From Candidatus Acidiferrales bacterium (GTDB lineage Bacteria > Acidobacteriota > Terriglobia > Acidiferrales > UBA7541): 64,000 nucleotides of DNA. A model generated the notes under the pieces. It was not told where the DNA came from, ran no database searches, and worked only from the letters and a program-made list of their open reading frames with translations. The stretch lies in the NCBI GenBank assembly GCA_050746805.1, contig JBOGMW010000102.1:287-64286 (forward strand). The letters are read 5' to 3'. The stretch's first letter is position 1, and every line of letters starts with the position of its first letter. Below, piece by piece: positions 63,683 through 64,000 of the stretch. The translations under genes were made by a program, and so were the position numbers.

Positions 63683-64000
63683 ATGCGCTTCGTCTCCCTT
63701 CTTCTTGTGTTGGCTGCTCTCGTGACACCGTTCACATTCGGACAGGCAACCAACTTTGCCGATCGGGCGCCAATTTTGCTGGGAACAGCGTGGTATCCGG
63801 AACAATGGCCGGAGTCGCGTTGGGAATCCGATCTGTCTCTAATGGAAGCGGCGCACATCGACGTAGTACGTGTGGGTGAGTTCGCATGGAGCACCATGGA
63901 GCCCGCGGAGGGCCACTACGACTTCGGCTGGCTGGACCGCGCGATTGCGCTGGCGGCCAAGCACCACATTGCGGTGGTGCTGGGAACGCCCACTGCGGCC
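63683..64000 (+). CDS. GH42-type beta-galactosidase, 5' part (runs off the window)
   Basis: My translation from ATG 63683 (GGAGG SD): MRFVSLLLVLAALVTPFTFGQ...LLGTAWYPEQWPESRWESDLSLMEAAHIDVVRVGEFAWSTMEPAEGHYDFGWLDRAIALAAKHHIAVVLGTPTAA. Confidence 0.85.
   Translation, partial: MRFVSLLLVLAALVTPFTFGQATNFADRAPILLGTAWYPEQWPESRWESDLSLMEAAHIDVVRVGEFAWSTMEPAEGHYDFGWLDRAIALAAKHHIAVVLGTPTAA

Noticed and set aside
1-64000. CRISPR arrays, rRNA genes, intact tRNAs, IS elements, transposases, integrases, prophage or known defence-system genes.
   Set aside because: I scanned by eye on both strands and saw no repeat-spacer periodicity, no rRNA or tRNA hallmarks apart from the fragment at 56548, and no DDE or tyrosine recombinase-type ORFs.

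Overview
This is a GC-rich chromosomal segment, roughly 60 percent GC by eye (not computed). It looks Acidobacteriota/Terriglobia-like, an inference from a BlaR1 fused to a TIGR03435-like C-terminal domain and a TIGR03436-like VWA protein. The core, 11.1-53.9 kb, is a nearly complete flagellar regulon of about 45 genes. (1) A regulatory block (OmpR-type response regulator, a sigma54 activator lacking a DNA-binding domain, a cytoplasmic PAS histidine kinase, a canonical NtrC/FleR-type activator) overlaps directly into flgBC-fliEFGHIJK-flgDE. (2) fliL, a short fliN-like gene, fliOPQR-flhBA-fliA-fliM-fliN/Y follow, then two signalling-type genes: a stand-alone MshEN/T2SSE_N-domain protein and an HDOD-like protein. 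(3) An opposite-strand VWA gene is followed by flgFGAHI and a rod-binding flgJ-like gene. (4) flgM, a small ORF, flgN and flgKL come next. (5) On the minus strand lie a GT2-TPR glycosyltransferase, fliC, fliD, fliS and a FliT-position ORF. (6) flbD-motAB closes the cluster. Good sigma28-type promoters (TAAAG-N14-GCCGAT) precede fliC and flgM, and a good sigma54-type promoter (TGGCTC-N5-TTGCA) precedes flgF. The flanks carry fumC, an MscS-family channel, a blaI-blaR1 pair with blaR1 frameshifted in a C4 run, truA, a TlpA-like oxidoreductase, an amidohydrolase, a TauD-family dioxygenase and a GH42 beta-galactosidase 5' end. The most unusual observations are these. Two separate redox genes (82..1887 minus, 59974..61068 plus) each carry an in-frame TGA exactly at the first position of a U-x-x-C motif. 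Each TGA is followed 13-14 nt later by a hairpin with a GUC apical loop, so both are candidate selenoproteins. A stand-alone MshEN domain with near-perfect tandem c-di-GMP-binding motifs sits directly behind the switch-complex genes. AT-richer islets at 2.1-4.6 kb and 54.5-56.9 kb contain orphan genes, duplicated non-coding cassettes and a tRNA 3'-end fragment. I found no CRISPR array, rRNA, intact tRNA, transposase or integrase.
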